From contig NC_043022.1 of the NCBI RefSeq assembly GCF_006345805.1, forward strand, positions 8,308,001 through 8,372,000: a stretch of DNA of 64,000 bases. Direction: 5' to 3'. Positions 24,201-35,655 of the stretch are shown one piece after another. The stretch comes from Octopus sinensis. Lineage: Eukaryota. The notes beneath the pieces are model-generated. The model saw nothing but the letters and a program-made list of their open reading frames with translations. It was not told where the DNA came from and did no database searches. The position numbers and the translations under genes were made by a program. Position 1 is the first letter of the stretch; the number at the start of each line of letters is the position of its first letter.

Positions 24201-24978
24201 CACATACATACAAACATACATACATATTTATATAAATAGGAACATGCATATATAGATATACACATGCACATATGTACACATACAACACACACGCACTCAC
24301 ATATACACACAATATACGCGCACATGCACACACGTTGCTAAGGTGTTGGCTTGGACAAAATCAGAATAGCTCTCCACATAAGCTGCACATAAACATGGCT
24401 TATATCTGATATCGCGTATCTTATATATCTTATACTTAACTTATAACCGAACTGGGTGGGTGGGCTATGTTTGATGAGTAAGAGGAGGGAGGAGGGGGAT
24501 TGGCATGAAGTAGTAGAGGGATGGTAACCGATAAGAGAAAAAGAGGGGGGGTTGAAGTATTGTGGATGTAGCTACGTAAGAAACTGATACGGAGTGGTAG
24601 GGGGTTGGTAACATTACAATAGCTGAGACATTCTTCTCTCCATTAGATAGATCCGCACGCACGTACGCACACACGCACGCGCACACATTCAAACACATAC
24701 ACAGATGCACACATGCACTCACACAAAAAACTTCGCGCGTGTATGACTTATCCTCACTCTTTCTCTAGTGCCTTTCTGTTTTCTCCCTCTCTACTTCACT
24801 CTCTATGTCTCTCTTTCACTCTCTCTACGTCACTCTTTCTCTCTCTCCTTCATTCTCTCTCTCTTTCCTTCACCCCTCTCTCTCTCTGTTTCACCCTCAC
24901 TCTCTTCACTCTCTCCCTACTTCACTCTCTTTCCTTCAACCTCTCCCTCTCTCTTACATATGCACACATACATGCAAT

Positions 24979-25022
<44 letters not shown>

Positions 25023-26084
25023 TTCTGTCTGTCTGTCTCTCTCTGTCACTCGAACCAAAATCGTAGCAGACGATAACTAAAGAGATCACTGTGTATGTGT
25101 GCATATGTTTTTGTGTGTATGTATATTATGTATGTGTGTATGCATGTATAGATGTATACACAAGATATTTTCTAATGAAAACGTCCCTACAATGTTGCTC
25201 GACCTGCTAAAAATAGCAGCCAAGTCACTCAATGCCATATACTGCCTTCGTTAAAAACCAAACCGCACGTTAAATGAGAAGAAAAACGGAGACTGTTCCA
25301 ATGGCTTGAACACTTTAGTTCAGAGACCAACTTGATCATGTTTGTTGTAGAACTAAATAACGAGACGAGCATGTGCACTCACACGCACACACTACGCACA
25401 CACACACACACAGACACACACAAGTCAAACTCTGTTGCTCTCTTTCTCTCTCTGTCTCATCCTATGTATGTATGTATGTATGTATGTATGTATGCATGTA
25501 TGCATGTAGCTATCTGTCTATCTTTCTCTCTACCTCTCTCTCCCTCTCCCTTATTTTCCTGTTTGCAACTCATTGTCACTCACTCTGTCTTTCTCCCTAT
25601 TATCTCTTTGTCTTTCTTATTACTCCCATCTCCCTACTCCCCCTCTGTTACTCCTTCCCCTTCCCCTCTCTCACATACACATACGTAAAGTATTTAACAA
25701 ACAGCCTTTGAACCGAAATCATCCGGAAACAACCGAAGTCCTTTCCTCCATCTTATCGTCTGCTAAAGGCTTAGTCATATCACTTGTTTCACGAAGAAGA
25801 CGTCTCAGTTCAACACTGAAAATGAATTCAATACTGAAAGCACCTCATGCAATTCATTGAAAAATATTCATTCCTTCTTTTACTACTTATAAAATCTTAT
25901 CTAAGTTAAAAAGACAGATTTCTAAACAGGAAACTAGTATCGTTTATGCTGTTATCACTCACCGTTCTCTTCGCGAAGAAACGATCCAAAGTTGAAACTG
26001 AAGGTAAAGCACCTTATTAAATTCATAGAAAATTTTGCACAAAACCATATTAACTTTTCTCTGATGGGTGATTTTGGTAATTGA

Positions 26085-26514
26085 ATGTTCAGAGCTGTGT
26101 CACTCTTGCTCAGAAACTCACAAATTGACCGAACACTCCTCGAAGAGTTCGTACAGCTCATATGCAATGATATCTCATATTCAGTCTTCTATTTTGACTG
26201 GTTGTTTTATGAGAGAAGATACGTAGAATACTTTTGGTTCTGTCTGACAAAGAAGGTACATTTCGTATTCAAACGGCTATAGTTTCCAATAAAACTCAGC
26301 TTTTGCCATATCTTTCAATAAATATCGGGAACAAACTGTAAATGTTGTTGAGCAACAACTCAAGAACATTTCTCTCATGGAGAACTGCATGTTTCATGCG
26401 CAAGAGATGAAAGTCCAAGCAATTTGGCTCCATCTAGCAAAATTATGCTCCTTCTAGGAAAATTATTCAAAAAAACTAAACATTGTTCATAAAGAAGTTC
26501 TTGGTTTACACTAA
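26085..26514 (+). pseudogene. Helitron RepHel PIF1-like helicase C-terminal relic, copy 1
   Basis: Across frameshifts: LLLRN...SSILTGC...FKRL*FPIKLSFAISFNKYREQTVNVV...EHFSHGELHVSCAR...LNIVHKEVL. This matches the Helitron consensus FKRLQFPIKLAFAMTINKSQGQT...FSHGQLYVACSRV...NIVYKEVL. Confidence 0.85.
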
Positions 26515-26951
26515 ATACGAAATAAGAGGGACAGAAAAAAAACTAAGGGGTGAAAATAACAAGAGACCGAAAAATGTGAAACTTAAAAATAAAACGCATG
26601 GGTTTGTTTTCCAAGTAACTCGAAGTAACCCTTATGTATGTATGTATGTATGTATGTATGTATGTATGTATGTATGTATGTATGTATGTATGTATGTATG
26701 CATGCAAATATATGTATGTATATATATACATGAATATATGCGTGTGTGTGTGTACTTGTGTATGTATATATATAAATATATATATATGTGCGTGTATTTG
26801 TGTATCTACGTACGCATGTATGTATGTATATATGTGTATATATTTATATATATATATATATGTTCACACACATATGCATATATACACACAAATACATACA
26901 TACACTTGAGTATATATATATATAATATATATATTATATATATATATTATA

Positions 26952-27320
26952 CTAGCAGTATCACCCGGCGTTGCTCGGGTTTGTAAGGGAAATAACTATA
27001 AATATTTTTAGAGAGTTATAGCCAAAAAATGGGGAAAAAATGATGGTAAATTGTTTTTAGTTAAAAAGGTCGAGTTGCGTCCCCTAGACAGTCTGTGGTT
27101 TGTGTTTCTGATTGTCGACCCCATGTCGAATTTATTGATTTTTTTCAGAACTGGGGGAACTTTTCAAAATTTTCGCTGCGTTAGTTTTGAATTATGACAT
27201 TGGGCTATGTGTGTGTCAAGTTTCATCAGAATCGGTTGAAAGCCGTGGTCAGGGTGAGGGTACAACCAAACAGACACACAGACACACACACAGACAAACT
27301 GCCGTTTATATATAGAGAGA
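26952..27320 (-). mobile_element. Non-autonomous Helitron (369 bp), complete
   Basis: On the minus strand: A|TCTCTCTATATATAAAC...CCCGAGCAACGCCGGG hairpin...CTAG|T, with no TSD. The empty site is preserved in the duplicate unit at ~29460. Confidence 0.9.
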
Positions 27321-28629
27321 TAACTTGTCAAAACTTCCAGTTTTTTTGTCATTATCGTGTCATTCTTTTCCCTCTTGTCCCAAATCGCTTTACATCCCAT
27401 CGCTGTGGAGCTCTTCCAAGTGGCATTTTTCGATCACTTGGATATTACTCGGCAACTGCAAGGGTCCCCTTATTATCTATGACCCTTGCTGTATGCACAC
27501 ACCCACACACACACACGTATACGCTCAAACATATTCACATGCACTCACACACAAAACTTGGCGCGTGCATGACTTAGCCTTAGTCTTTCTCTAGTGCCTT
27601 TGTATTCTCTCTTTCTCTACCTCACTTTCTGTCTGTCTGTCTTTGTCTCTCTACTTCACTCTCTCTCTACATCACTTTCTCTCCTACATTCTCTCTCTTT
27701 CCTTAACCTTCTCTCTCTCTCCCTTTGTTTCTCTGTTTTTCTGCTTCACTCCCTCTGTTTCCTTCACTGATCTCTCTCTCTCTCTGTCGAACCAAAATCG
27801 TAGCAGACGATAACTAAAGAGATCACTGTGTATGTGTGCATATGTTTTTGTGTGTATGTATATTATGTATGTGTGTATGCATGTATAGATGTATACACGA
27901 GATATTTTCTAATGAAAACGTCCCTACAATGTTGCTCGACCTGCTAAAAATAGCAGCCAAGTCACTCAATGTCATATACTGCCTTCGTATGTATGTATGT
28001 ATGTATGTATGTATGTATGTATGTATGTATGTATGTATGCATGTATGCATGTAGCTATCTGTCTATCTTTCTCTCTACCTCTCTCTCCCTCTCCCTTATT
28101 TTCCTGTTTGCAACTCATTGTCACTCACTCTGTCTTTCTCCCTATTATCTCTTTGTCTTTCTTATTACTCCCATCTCCCTACTCCCCCTCTGTTACTCCT
28201 TCCCCTTCCCCTCTCTCACATACACATACGTAAAGTATTTAACAAACAGCCTTTGAACCGAAATCATCCGGAAACAACCGAAGTCCTTTCCTCCATCTTA
28301 TCGTCTGCTAAAGGCTTAGTCATATCACTTGTTTCACGAAGAAGACGTCTCAGTTCAACACTGAAAATGAATTCAATACTGAAAGCACCTCATGCAATTC
28401 ATTGAAAAATATTCATTCCTTCTTTTACTACTTATAAAATCTTATCTAAGTTAAAAAGACAGATTTCTAAACAGGAAACTAGTATCGTTTATGCTGTTAT
28501 CACTCACCGTTCTCTTCGCGAAGAAACGATCCAAAGTTGAAACTGAAGGTAAAGCACCTTATTAAATTCATAGAAAATTTTGCACAAAACCATATTAACT
28601 TTTCTCTGATGGGTGATTTTGGTAATTGA

Positions 28630-29043
28630 ATGTTCAGAGCTGTGTCACTCTTGCTCAGAAACTCACAAATTGACCGAACACTCCTCGAAGAGTTCGTACA
28701 GCTCATATGCAATGATATCTCATATTCAGTCTTCTATTTTGACTGGTTGTTTTATGAGAGAAGATACGTAGAATACTTTTGGTTCTGTCTGACAAAGAAG
28801 GTACATTTCGTATTCAAAAGGCTACAGTTTCCAATAAAACTGAGCTTTTGCCATATCTTTAAATAAATATCGGGAACAAACTGTAAATGTTGTTGAGCAA
28901 CAACTCAAGAACATTTCTCCCATGGAGAACGGCATGTTGCATGCGCAAGAGATGGAAGTCCAAGCAATTTGGCACCTTTTAGAAAAAAAAAAGAAACAAA
29001 TAGGCTAAACATTGTTCATAAAAAAGTTCTTGATTCACACTAA
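28630..29043 (+). pseudogene. Helitron RepHel helicase C-terminal relic, copy 2
   Basis: FKRLQFPIKLSF/AISLNKYREQTVNVV/EHFSHGERHVACARDGSPSNL/LNIVHKKVL. Confidence 0.85.
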
Positions 29044-29201
29044 ATAGCAAATAAGAGGGAGAGATAAAAAAACAAAAAAACTAAGAGGTGAAACATAAGA
29101 AAGGGCTGAAAAATGTGAAGTTTACAGATAAAATGCAACAGTATCATAGTGGTTGTTTTCCGAGTAACTTGAGGTAACCCTAATGTATGTATGTATGTAT
29201 G

Positions 29202-29246
<45 letters not shown>

Positions 29247-29323
29247 ATATGTATATATGTACATGAATATATATATGTATGTGAAAGTGTGTGTGTATTT
29301 GTGTATGTACGTATGTATGTATA

Positions 29324-29371
<48 letters not shown>

Positions 29372-30094
29372 TATATATGTATATTATACTCATATATACA
29401 TATGTATATACACACACATATGCATACACATGTGTGTGAGTGTATATATATATATATATATAACTTGTCAAAATGCTCTTCAGTTTTGTCATGATCGCGT
29501 TATTTTTTCCCCTCTTGTCCCAAATCGCTTTACACCCCATCGCTGTGGAGTTCTTCCAAGTGGCATTTTTCGATCACTTAGATATTACTCGGCAACACCA
29601 CGGGTCAACTTATTAACTCTGAGCCTTGCGATAGGCACACACACGCGCACGCACACACACACACACGCACACAGAGGCACACACACACAAACATATTTGC
29701 AATAAAGACCTACTCTTTCTGTTGCCCCCCCTCTCTCTATCTATCATATTATATTTATATTTTCCAGTTTGCATCTCATTGTCACACTATCTTTTCTCCT
29801 TTTGCCTTTCATATCACTCTATCATTCTCGTCTCCCCGCTTCCCCTTCTTCCCACATACATACACTCAGGTATTTAACAAACAGCTTTTGGACCGAAATA
29901 ATCCGGAATCAACCGAAGTGTTCCTTAGCTTAGAGTCATATCATTTGATTCACGAAGGAGACGTCTGAATTGAACACTAGAGGTGAAGTACCATATAAAA
30001 TTCATTGAAAAATATTCAATTCCTCTCTTACTACTTACAATATTGTACTCAACCATTCACCTATCTCAGTGTTGGTAAGATAGATGTTTATATG

Positions 30095-30305
30095 TGTCGT
30101 TGTCTGTTTATCCATCGCCATCACCATACAATCCATGTTGGTGTGTTTTCGTCCATGTAACTTAGCAGTTCGGCAAAAGTTACCGACAGAGTAAGTACTA
30201 GGCTTACAAAGAATAAGTCCAGGGATCTATTTCTTCTACTAACAACCTTTAAGTCGGTATTCCAGCATGGCGCAGTCAAATGACAAACATGTACAAAAAT
30301 AAAAG
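30095..30305 (+). mobile_element. SINE family A 3' half
   Basis: GTAACTTAGCAGTTCGGCAAAAG...CCAGCATGGCGCAGTCAAATGAC. Confidence 0.75.
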
Positions 30306-30317
30306 AATATATATGTA

Positions 30318-31022
30318 CGAGGTCTGATCAAGAAGTATCCGGGCTGTTGCCATAATAATGAAGCTAAAACATGCAGAGTGATGCCGCTTGACACAGATTA
30401 ACCTTGGACTCTGCTGTACAGGTGCACTAAGTTTTAACGTTGTAGCTCACTTCTGCTGTTTACAGCAGTGCTTGAAAGTAACTTGTATAGCGTGTGATCG
30501 TCGCATTGACCAAGCCTGAGAAAGTCGTCATGGCAATACCTGCACAGAGGCCTCCGTAAAGTTGCAGAAAGTGTATGGAGATGAGTATATGAGCAGCACA
30601 CAAGTGTACGAGTGGTCCAGACGTTTCCAGGATGGCTGAAAAAAAGTCGATATTGGCGAACGTTCTGGGAGAATTGCAACCAGCAGGACTGAGGAAAACA
30701 TTGCAGATATGAGTGTAGCTGTGAGAGGAAATCGTAGAATAACCATCCACGAGTTGTCAGAGAATGTGCAGATTTGTTACGATTCAGTTCAGTCCATTAT
30801 CACTGAAGATTTGGGCGTGTCTGCCAAGTATGTGCCAAAACTGCGTTCAGCTGACCAAAAGGAAACTCGGGTTTCAGTCGCACAAGATCTCCTTGATTGT
30901 GTCGAGAATGATGAAAAGTTTTTGAAAACTTTCTGTGGGCCTCTGAGTAGGTATCGCCAAGCTTTTGGCAAAATTTGATGCAGATTCTCTGCTTAACTCT
31001 CTCTGTGATGTTCAATGCGACG
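30318..31022. mobile_element. Fold-back mariner derivative, copy 2 (long arm on +, short arm on -)
   Basis: TA|CGAGGTCTGATCAAGAAGTATCCGG terminus. The + strand encodes VYEWSRRF...RGNRRITIHELS...DCVENDEKFLKT, followed by inverted QRICIKFCQKLGDTYSEA. Confidence 0.85.
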
Positions 31023-31394
31023 TTACCTGACGAGGCTCTTTTGCACTATGTGTCGCATCTGATGTTATTACATCGTTCACGCCCACTAAGGAGCAGTGCA
31101 GAATTGTGTTAATAAATGCTTCTAGTTACACTCTGTCTTCTGTATTAATCGTTTAATATATATATATATTTATATATGTATATATATATATATGTATATA
31201 TATATAGTGTTGACGTTCAGAAATCCATATTAACTTTCCCGATAGCGTGAAGTCATACATTTTTGGAATGTTATTTCTCGAAGTATACACATAAAGCTAT
31301 AAACAATAACATGTAAATATTGGTATCCTTTTGGATAGATTAAAGTTCAATGGTAGAATGCTTGCCATTTCTATTGGAGATATGGATTTGAACC

Positions 31395-31525
31395 AAATCC
31401 GCCCACAAGGCTTTGATCGGGCGGAGGCTATAGTAGAAGGCACTTGCCGAAGGTGCCACAGTGGGTCTGAACCCTGAACTATGTGGTTGGAAAGAAAGCT
31501 TCTTACCACACAATCATGCCTGCGC
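31395..31525 (-). mobile_element. SINE family A 5' part
   Basis: CACAAGGCTTTGATCGG...CACTTGCCGAAGGTGCC...TTACCACACAATC. Confidence 0.75.
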
Positions 31526-32334
31526 CTATTGTTTATCACTTTTTTCTTTTTGCCACACTTAATTGTAATTTACGAGCCTGACCGTAACTGTTTCATTTTA
31601 AAGTTTCTTTTTATTTCTAGAAATATTTGCTTCAAACGTATTAGAGAAGACTGTGATTTTACACAAGTTCTGCTAGCGTTGAATTTGTGTAGTTTTTTGC
31701 AGAACTGACCAGAAAAAAAATAGTCTTTTAAAAATCACCTTCAATTTCGTCGAGTGTTTTATCAATTAAATGAATGAATTGCTTTGCGATGTTATTGCTG
31801 ATTCCTTGAGTTTTCAACAGTGGCAACGCCGGGTATTTCATCTAGTATAAATATAATTGTTATTTAATATTTCCTTTTAATTTGGTGTCTTCACAAATTA
31901 GACAGTTAATGATGGGTTCATTTTAATAATTAGGTACCCCAATGTTCGAAATACTGACAACGCCCATGCTATATGTGACTGCAAGTGTATTTCTGTGTGT
32001 TGTGTGTGTCTATAAGTACATGTGTATGTCTGTACTTACATTTTCTGTTACATTCACTAACGTTATAATATAATGTTATACGTATGCTATGAAATACTCC
32101 AAACCCCCTCCGTACATATCCGATCACACACACTTACATACACACACATTTTACACACTCGCGTGTGTGGGGCGTGTACGTATGGTTCTGTGCATATACG
32201 TGCACTCATACATACACACATACGTAAACACATGTATATATGTATATATATATATATGTAAATATGCGTAGAAACACACACATACACATGCATGCGTGTG
32301 TGTGTGTGCATGTATTCGTGTGTGATTATAGTCG

Positions 32335-32610
32335 CAACCATTGCTGTATGGTTAAGATGCAGCATCTTGAGTGTCTTCTACTGTAGCCCCGGGCCGACCA
32401 ATGCCTTGTAAGGGAAATTGGCGGGTGGAAACTGTGTGGAATCCCGTTTTATATGTGTATTTGTGTCTCTGATTGTACGCTCGGCACTTAACAAGAGTTG
32501 ATTTGTTTATACCTCATAACCTAGCCGTTTGACAATAGGGACAAGTGGAATAAGTACCAAGCTTTAAAAATAGTACTGATGTCAATTTATTCTACTATAA
32601 CCCTCCAGGT
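32335..32610 (+). mobile_element. Degraded SINE family A copy
   Basis: Head and GTGTCTTCTACTGTAGCCCCGGGCCGACC module. Confidence 0.65.
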
Positions 32611-32702
32611 TATACACACATATACAAAGGTTGTATAACTTTAATGAGGCATTGTGTGGTAAATATTTAAAATTCTTTAAAAACTAATTTTATGCAAGCT
32701 GG

Positions 32703-32988
32703 TTTGTAAGATATTTGTTGTTTTTTTAATTCAATTTCTGCAATTTCAACCAATCAATGACGTTTATTAAGGTGAAAACATTCTGTTGCCGTGTGAATAT
32801 GTCCCTCGTTTAAGAAACAGATTGGGTTTATTTACATTTCTGAATAAAAAAAGATACCCTTGCCCCCACCCCTAACCCTAACCCTAAAACAGATTGAAAT
32901 GCAATAGATCGATACTAGGGTCATAATTATGGGTGACAATTTCATATGACACCGCTAGAAAAAACTGCCGTTCAAACCGAAAGTATCC
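32703..32988 (+). mobile_element. GGATC-terminated MITE, copy 9 (left end missing)
   Basis: Interior and right TIR (AAACTGCCGTTCAAACCGAAAGTATCC). Three CCCTAA units. Confidence 0.85.
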
Positions 32989-33005
32989 TTCAGTTTTTAT
33001 TATAA

Positions 33006-33044
<39 letters not shown>

Positions 33045-33393
33045 ATATAAATATGTATATGTATGAACTTCCTTTTCGCGATTTGATTTAACATTTAAGG
33101 CGGTCCGGGGTTGATAAAATAATGTTCCAGTATAGAGGATTGGAGTTGATGTAAATGGACTCTCTCTCAAAATGGCTGGTCTTGTGCCTAAATAAAAAGC
33201 CGTTTTTATTATTAAAAGAGGCAGAATCGGCAAAATGGCAGAGTCATTAGAACGCCGGACAAAATGTTTAGCAATATTTCGTCCGCCTTCCATCCTTTTG
33301 CAGTCAATAAAATAAGCACCAGTTGAACACTGGAGTTGATGTAATCGGTTAGCGCCCCATCTTCCCAAAATTTCAGGCCTTGTGCCTATGCAG

Positions 33394-34115
33394 CAATGTT
33401 TCTCAACTATTTTTGTTTTACTTATGGACCCCTTTGATTCCTATTTTACTTTATGGACCCTCCTAGCCATTCATTGTTTAAAAAATAATATGTTTCTACA
33501 ATTAAATATTATTACGAATTGTATATAAAAAAAAAATGTTAAAATACTTTGTATTCTGTAGAAGTGTAACCAATTCATTGCAGATAAACTTTTACCCATA
33601 AAGCACTGGGAAAATGCATGGACTGTTGAGCACATTTTATGGAAATGAGACTACCATGCACACATAAAAAACAAATAATAGTTAAATTATTTTCTTAGTA
33701 TATAATGTTGGCAAGTTCTACATCATCTGAAAAGTCATTAGTTGCATTATTAGTCCTTTTACATTCTGGTGGGGTATCGGAGCGTTTGGGTGACATTAGA
33801 CCCAACAAACGCCCATAAATTAAATGCATCTATCTAGATCAGTGCTTTTCAAACTTTTTGCTGAAGCGGAACCCCAAGGAAACATTTCACTGGCTCGAGG
33901 AACCCCTGTGCAATAATTTAATTGTCTTATGCACACATATCTGCACAGGAGAATTAAAAATTACTGTCGATTTTAGCATTTTTGTAACTTCTTGCGGAAC
34001 CCTAAGGTTCCGCGGAACCCTGGTTGAAAACTACTGATCTAGATCATGATCGTGCTCCGTCGCGCTTTATGTGTTAACACCTAATTCTTTTATGGATCCA
34101 GGTTGAGAACCGCTG
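33394..34115 (+). mobile_element. hAT-like MITE (outer element), related to 46085-46346
   Basis: Ends CAATGTTTCTCAAC and GTTGAGAACCGCTG. The interior GACCCCTTTGATTCCTATTTTAC is shared with 46085. No TSD confirmed. Confidence 0.6.
33840..34036. mobile_element. hAT MITE (197 bp) nested in the previous element
   Basis: TIRs CAGTGCTTTTCAA and TTGAAAACTACTG. Perfect palindromic 8-bp TSD ATCTAGAT. Confidence 0.88.
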
Positions 34116-35294
34116 ATAATTAAGGTTTATTAAAAGAGGCGAACGCAAAAAAAAAAAAAAAGATGCTTTGCCGTATTTCTTCAAACTCGTTACATTTTGA
34201 GTTCAAATTCTGCTGAAGTAGACTTTGTTTTGTCATCCTTTCGAGGTCTTTAAAATCAGTACCATTTAAATACTTGCGTCGGTGTAATCGACTTACCCCT
34301 TGTTCTAACAAATTGCTGGCCTTATCCCAAAATTCGAAACGGCGGCAAGCTGACGGAATCGTTAATGCGTCGGACAAAATGCTTAGCGGCATTTCTTCCG
34401 ACTCTTTACGTTCTGAGCTGAAATCTCGCCTAAATCAACTTTGCTTTTCACATTTTCGGGATCGATAAAAATAAGTATCAGTTGAACACTGGAGTCGATT
34501 TAATCAATTTACCCACTTCCCCTAACAAATTGCCGGCCTTGTGCCAAAATTATTGACCATTTTTAATGGCGAGTTCACAAAATCGTTAGAGCATTTTCTG
34601 TGGCCCTTTATGTTGATCTGAAATTCCACCGAGATCAACCTGCCTCTCATCTTATGGGGCTCGATGAACTAAGTACCAGTTGAACGCTTGGGACAGCTGT
34701 AATCTATTTAACGCTCCCCTAAAATTGTTAGCTTTGTACCAACATTATTATGTTTGTTTTCTTTTCGCTCTCGATATTTGGAGTAGAAATGTATCTAAGA
34801 TTTTTGTTACAAATTTGGTTTCATTAATAGTTTTGTCATATAGGAAGTCTTTTACAAGGCAAGTGTTTTTTTTTTAATGTATTTACCAGAAAGAAAAAAA
34901 ATTGTTTTGGACATTTGTTCCATTTCGTTGGTAATGGTGTCGAACAATAGAGGCAACGCTTCCCCAAGCAACAATGAAAATAACATTTCTGCCATTGCTA
35001 AACAAAATAATATCAAGCCTAGACTGCCAAAGTTCTTCCCTGTTGTAAACATGGAAAGTTTTGCCTTTACAGGAAAAAAAGGTGTTTTTTGAAAGTTTCT
35101 GAAGTTTTCATCAATGATAAAGGCTTTCGGAGATGCTGTACAATGTCTGGTGGGTGCTCAGACTCGACCTAACAAGTGAATTTTAGTCTTGTTTGGGTGG
35201 ATAACTATAAATGATTTTTATGTACTATTATCATATTTTAATTATTGTATTTTCTACCTACCTTTTGTTATATTTTATCAAATTTTTAATAGGC

Positions 35295-35655
35295 TCGGGC
35301 ATGGTTATGTGGTTAAGAAACTAGCTGTACGACCACATGGTTTCGGGGCAAGTGTCTTCTACTATAGCCCCCGGGTCGACCAATATCTTGTGAGTGAATT
35401 TGGTTGACGGAAAATATATGGAAACTAATTGCGTGTCCCCCATCACCGCTTGACGGTTGTAGGTTTTGTTTACGTCCCAATAAATTAGAGGTTCGGCAAA
35501 AAAAAAAAAAAATCGCTACAATAAGGACCAGACTTTAAAAAAAAGTTTAAGTACTGGGGTTGTTGTTCTTCCTTTTTCTTTTTTCCGTCTAAATCCTTCA
35601 AGGTGAATCCTAGCATGGTTTGTAGCCCAATGACTGAAACAACATAAAAAAGGGG
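35295..35655 (+). mobile_element. SINE family A copy
   Basis: Head, middle and tail modules are recognisable. This is the last recognisable TE before the FoxJ2/3 exon. Confidence 0.75.

Larger units (their letters stand above)
24690..30040 (+). repeat. Tandem duplication (two near-complete units plus a partial third) carrying a Helitron helicase relic
   Basis: 25465-26400 matches 28010-28945 (offset ~2545, identical ORF translations). 27321-27560 matches 29460-29700. 29740-30040 matches 25555-25890. Confidence 0.9.

Noticed and set aside
26064-26110. OTU protease-like motif GDFGN*MFRAVS
   Set aside because: The surrounding sequence is better explained as Helitron helicase (LLLRN, ILTGC, QFPIKL, FSHG).
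25955-26167. Minus-strand exon with a GTGAGT donor
   Set aside because: It is antisense to the helicase relic, with no recognisable protein and no convincing acceptor.
34852-35092. Short ORFs on both strands as a transposase or gene relic
   Set aside because: No recognisable motif in any frame I translated.
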